Shown in pieces: positions 62,203 to 64,000 of a stretch of DNA of 64,000 nucleotides. The stretch is taken from NCBI GenBank assembly GCA_036172245.1, contig JAYWIR010000008.1, positions 3,720,001 to 3,784,000 on the forward strand, written 5' to 3'. The position numbers and the translations under genes are program-made. The notes beneath the pieces are model-generated. The model ran no database searches and was not told the origin of the DNA. It saw only the letters and a program-made list of their open reading frames with translations. Source of the DNA: Raillietiella orientalis. Taxonomy: Eukaryota. How positions within the stretch are numbered: the first letter of the stretch is position 1; each line of letters starts with the position of its first letter.

Positions 62203-62841
62203 GCCCGCGTTGGCGCCCGCAGCGAGTGGCACCAAGCCGTTGTTGCTCGGTTCGAATCCCCACGTGGAGCCGAGAGAATGGGGGGTGCGTCTTGGGTTCC
62301 GATTCCTTCCCGCACGATGTCGCGCTGGTCGATCTATTCGGGTGCGGCACTGGTGGGAGCTGCCGGATGCCCCCGTTGACTAAATGGGACTGGAAGTTGA
62401 CCTTCCGAGGTCCTTCCGGGAATCAAGGAGGTGGTTCCCCTTCGTGTTTCCCCTCCGGTTGTAAACCCACCCACCCCAGAGGGTTGCTTCTCCAGAGTGT
62501 AAAGAAGTGCTCTGTTCCTTCGGAGAGTGCCCTTCAGAGGGAAATTGGGAAGCGTCCCTTCGGGGTTCTCTAAAGAGCAGGAAGCATCGGATCCTTTCCG
62601 GGGAGTCCCTCCGGAGAGAATAAGGAAGGGGTGGTTCCCTTCAGGATTCCCTCCCAAGCGTAAGAGGAACGGAAAGTCGAAAGCCTTCCTGGATTCACAG
62701 GGTGCTCCCTCTGGGGTACCTCCTGACTTGAAGAGTTGCGCGCACCCTGGGGTAGCGTGGTTAATGTCGAAGATCTTCGTGCCCCCCTCCCCAGAGGAGG
62801 CGAACGGTTCTTCAGCACTCCTTGAGAACCAAAAGAAAAAA
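62203..62841 (+). mobile_element. tRNA-derived long SINE, copy B
   Basis: Same start (GYCCGCGTTGGCG), B-box GGTTCGAATCCC at 62249-62260, shared blocks GGGTGCGGCACTGGTGG, CCCCTCCGGTTGT, CTCCAGAGTGTAA, GAAATTGGGAAGC.TCCCTTCGGGGTTCTC, GGCGAACGGTTCTT; A-rich tail. Confidence 0.8.
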
Positions 62842-64000
62842 GCTGAAAGGGAAACGGATCAGCCGCGGAAGAACCCAACAGGATTTTCGCCCCTGCCCTG
62901 TTTCGGCTGGTCAGTTCTGTGACATGCCTTCCGGTTTTGTCAGACCAGAGAAAGGAGGTCTGAAAATTGAGTTTTGTATCTTGGAGGTTTTGTCGAGGCG
63001 CTTGGCAATCTCTCTTGCCATGCCTTCTCATCGCGCTCCACTGGTGCTCGTCTTTAGCACCTTTGCAAAATTTAGCAGCGTTTTTTCTCCTCCTCTTTCC
63101 CCCCCCCCCCCCCTTCCGTCTTTTTTCCTTCTTTTCTGCCTAAGGGAGCAATAGAAGGTACAGTCGAAGGCCGCTCGCGTGCTGCGGAAGTCCCATTTGA
63201 CTTTCTACCGAGAAGAGTTCAAATCTCTATATGATGCGCCCAATTCCAAGGCGGCCGAGTAAATGAAAACGCCCTTTCATTATCGAAGTGACAATTTGAT
63301 GAATTGTAAAACGGAAGGAACGAAATTCAACGGCGCTCACTGTGAGCCTTATGAGATCTGAGGTGGCAGATAACTGATTAATTAGGCTCTGTGAAAGCGC
63401 CTGCCAGCCCATTCCGGTAATCTGGCCTCGCGGGCAAAAGTGACGGAGGTTCCACGTGTCCCGTGGTCGGAGAGCCACATCGACGGACGCACCCGCACTT
63501 TGATCGTGGAGCAGGGATCGAGCTGGTGCCCGGGCGGTGGGCCTGACGCATTCGCTTTCGCGCAATCCCCCCCGGAAGTCAGCGTGGGTGGGTGCGCTGC
63601 CATCATCTCAATCGCTCGGCTTCCTCCAAAGAGAGGCGCTGTGGGTGATCAGGGGCTTCAGCGCCAGGTGGTCAAGACGTGCAGGGGCGCACACCTGGAA
63701 AAATCGAAAGTGGACGCGGGATGCCGAGCAGCAGGAATTCATTCATTCGGGAGGAGCGCAGCTGTTTCCTCTCTTCCTTTTCTTCCCTCTTTCCTCCTCC
63801 CTTCCTCCCTTTCGGCTCATCAGAGCGGCCTCATCGCCTTCGCGACCTCTTCCTTCCTTTCCGCCTTTATTGCACCCGGAGCGTTTATTGTAAAAAAAAA
63901 AAAAAAAAACTAAAATAAAATAATATGTACGGGAAAAACAGTCATATAAAATATAAAATGTCTCTTCGTGGTGGTTTCATGTGACCACTACGAAGGGAGA

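Noticed and set aside
61433..62573. 327-aa and 243-aa ORFs downstream of CASK
   Set aside because: They span a LINE remnant and SINE copy B; no coherent domain.

Overview
Eukaryotic (invertebrate animal) genomic DNA, not prokaryotic. Introns are short GT-AG (many 41-60 nt, frequent TTTCAG/TTTTAG acceptors), which suggests an ecdysozoan, possibly an early-branching nematode; the organism cannot be fixed from sequence alone. Two intact multi-exon genes lie on the + strand: gamma-tubulin complex component 3 (GCP3/TUBGCP3; 11 exons, 7477-10775, ~891 aa) and the MAGUK CASK/lin-2 (21 coding exons including a 30-nt microexon, 34102-59972, ~901 aa). The rest is dominated by decayed non-LTR retrotransposons (L1/Tx1-like RT/zinc-finger fragments and a Utopia/NeSL-like REL element). 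There are also three copies of a long tRNA-headed SINE rich in UUCG hairpins, a TTAA-flanked piggyBac-type MITE, and an 86/84-bp tandem array with a dispersed monomer. An AT-rich, CpG-depleted block (~21.4-26.4 kb) carries many intron-like segments but no recognisable protein and may be an unannotated gene or lncRNA. Most of the supplied ORFs are spurious GC-rich frames. I found no convincing wholly new multi-gene system; the best novelty candidates are the structured SINE family, the hidden spliced transcription unit and the tandem/dispersed hairpin repeat. All family assignments are by-eye motif recognition from memory, not database searches.
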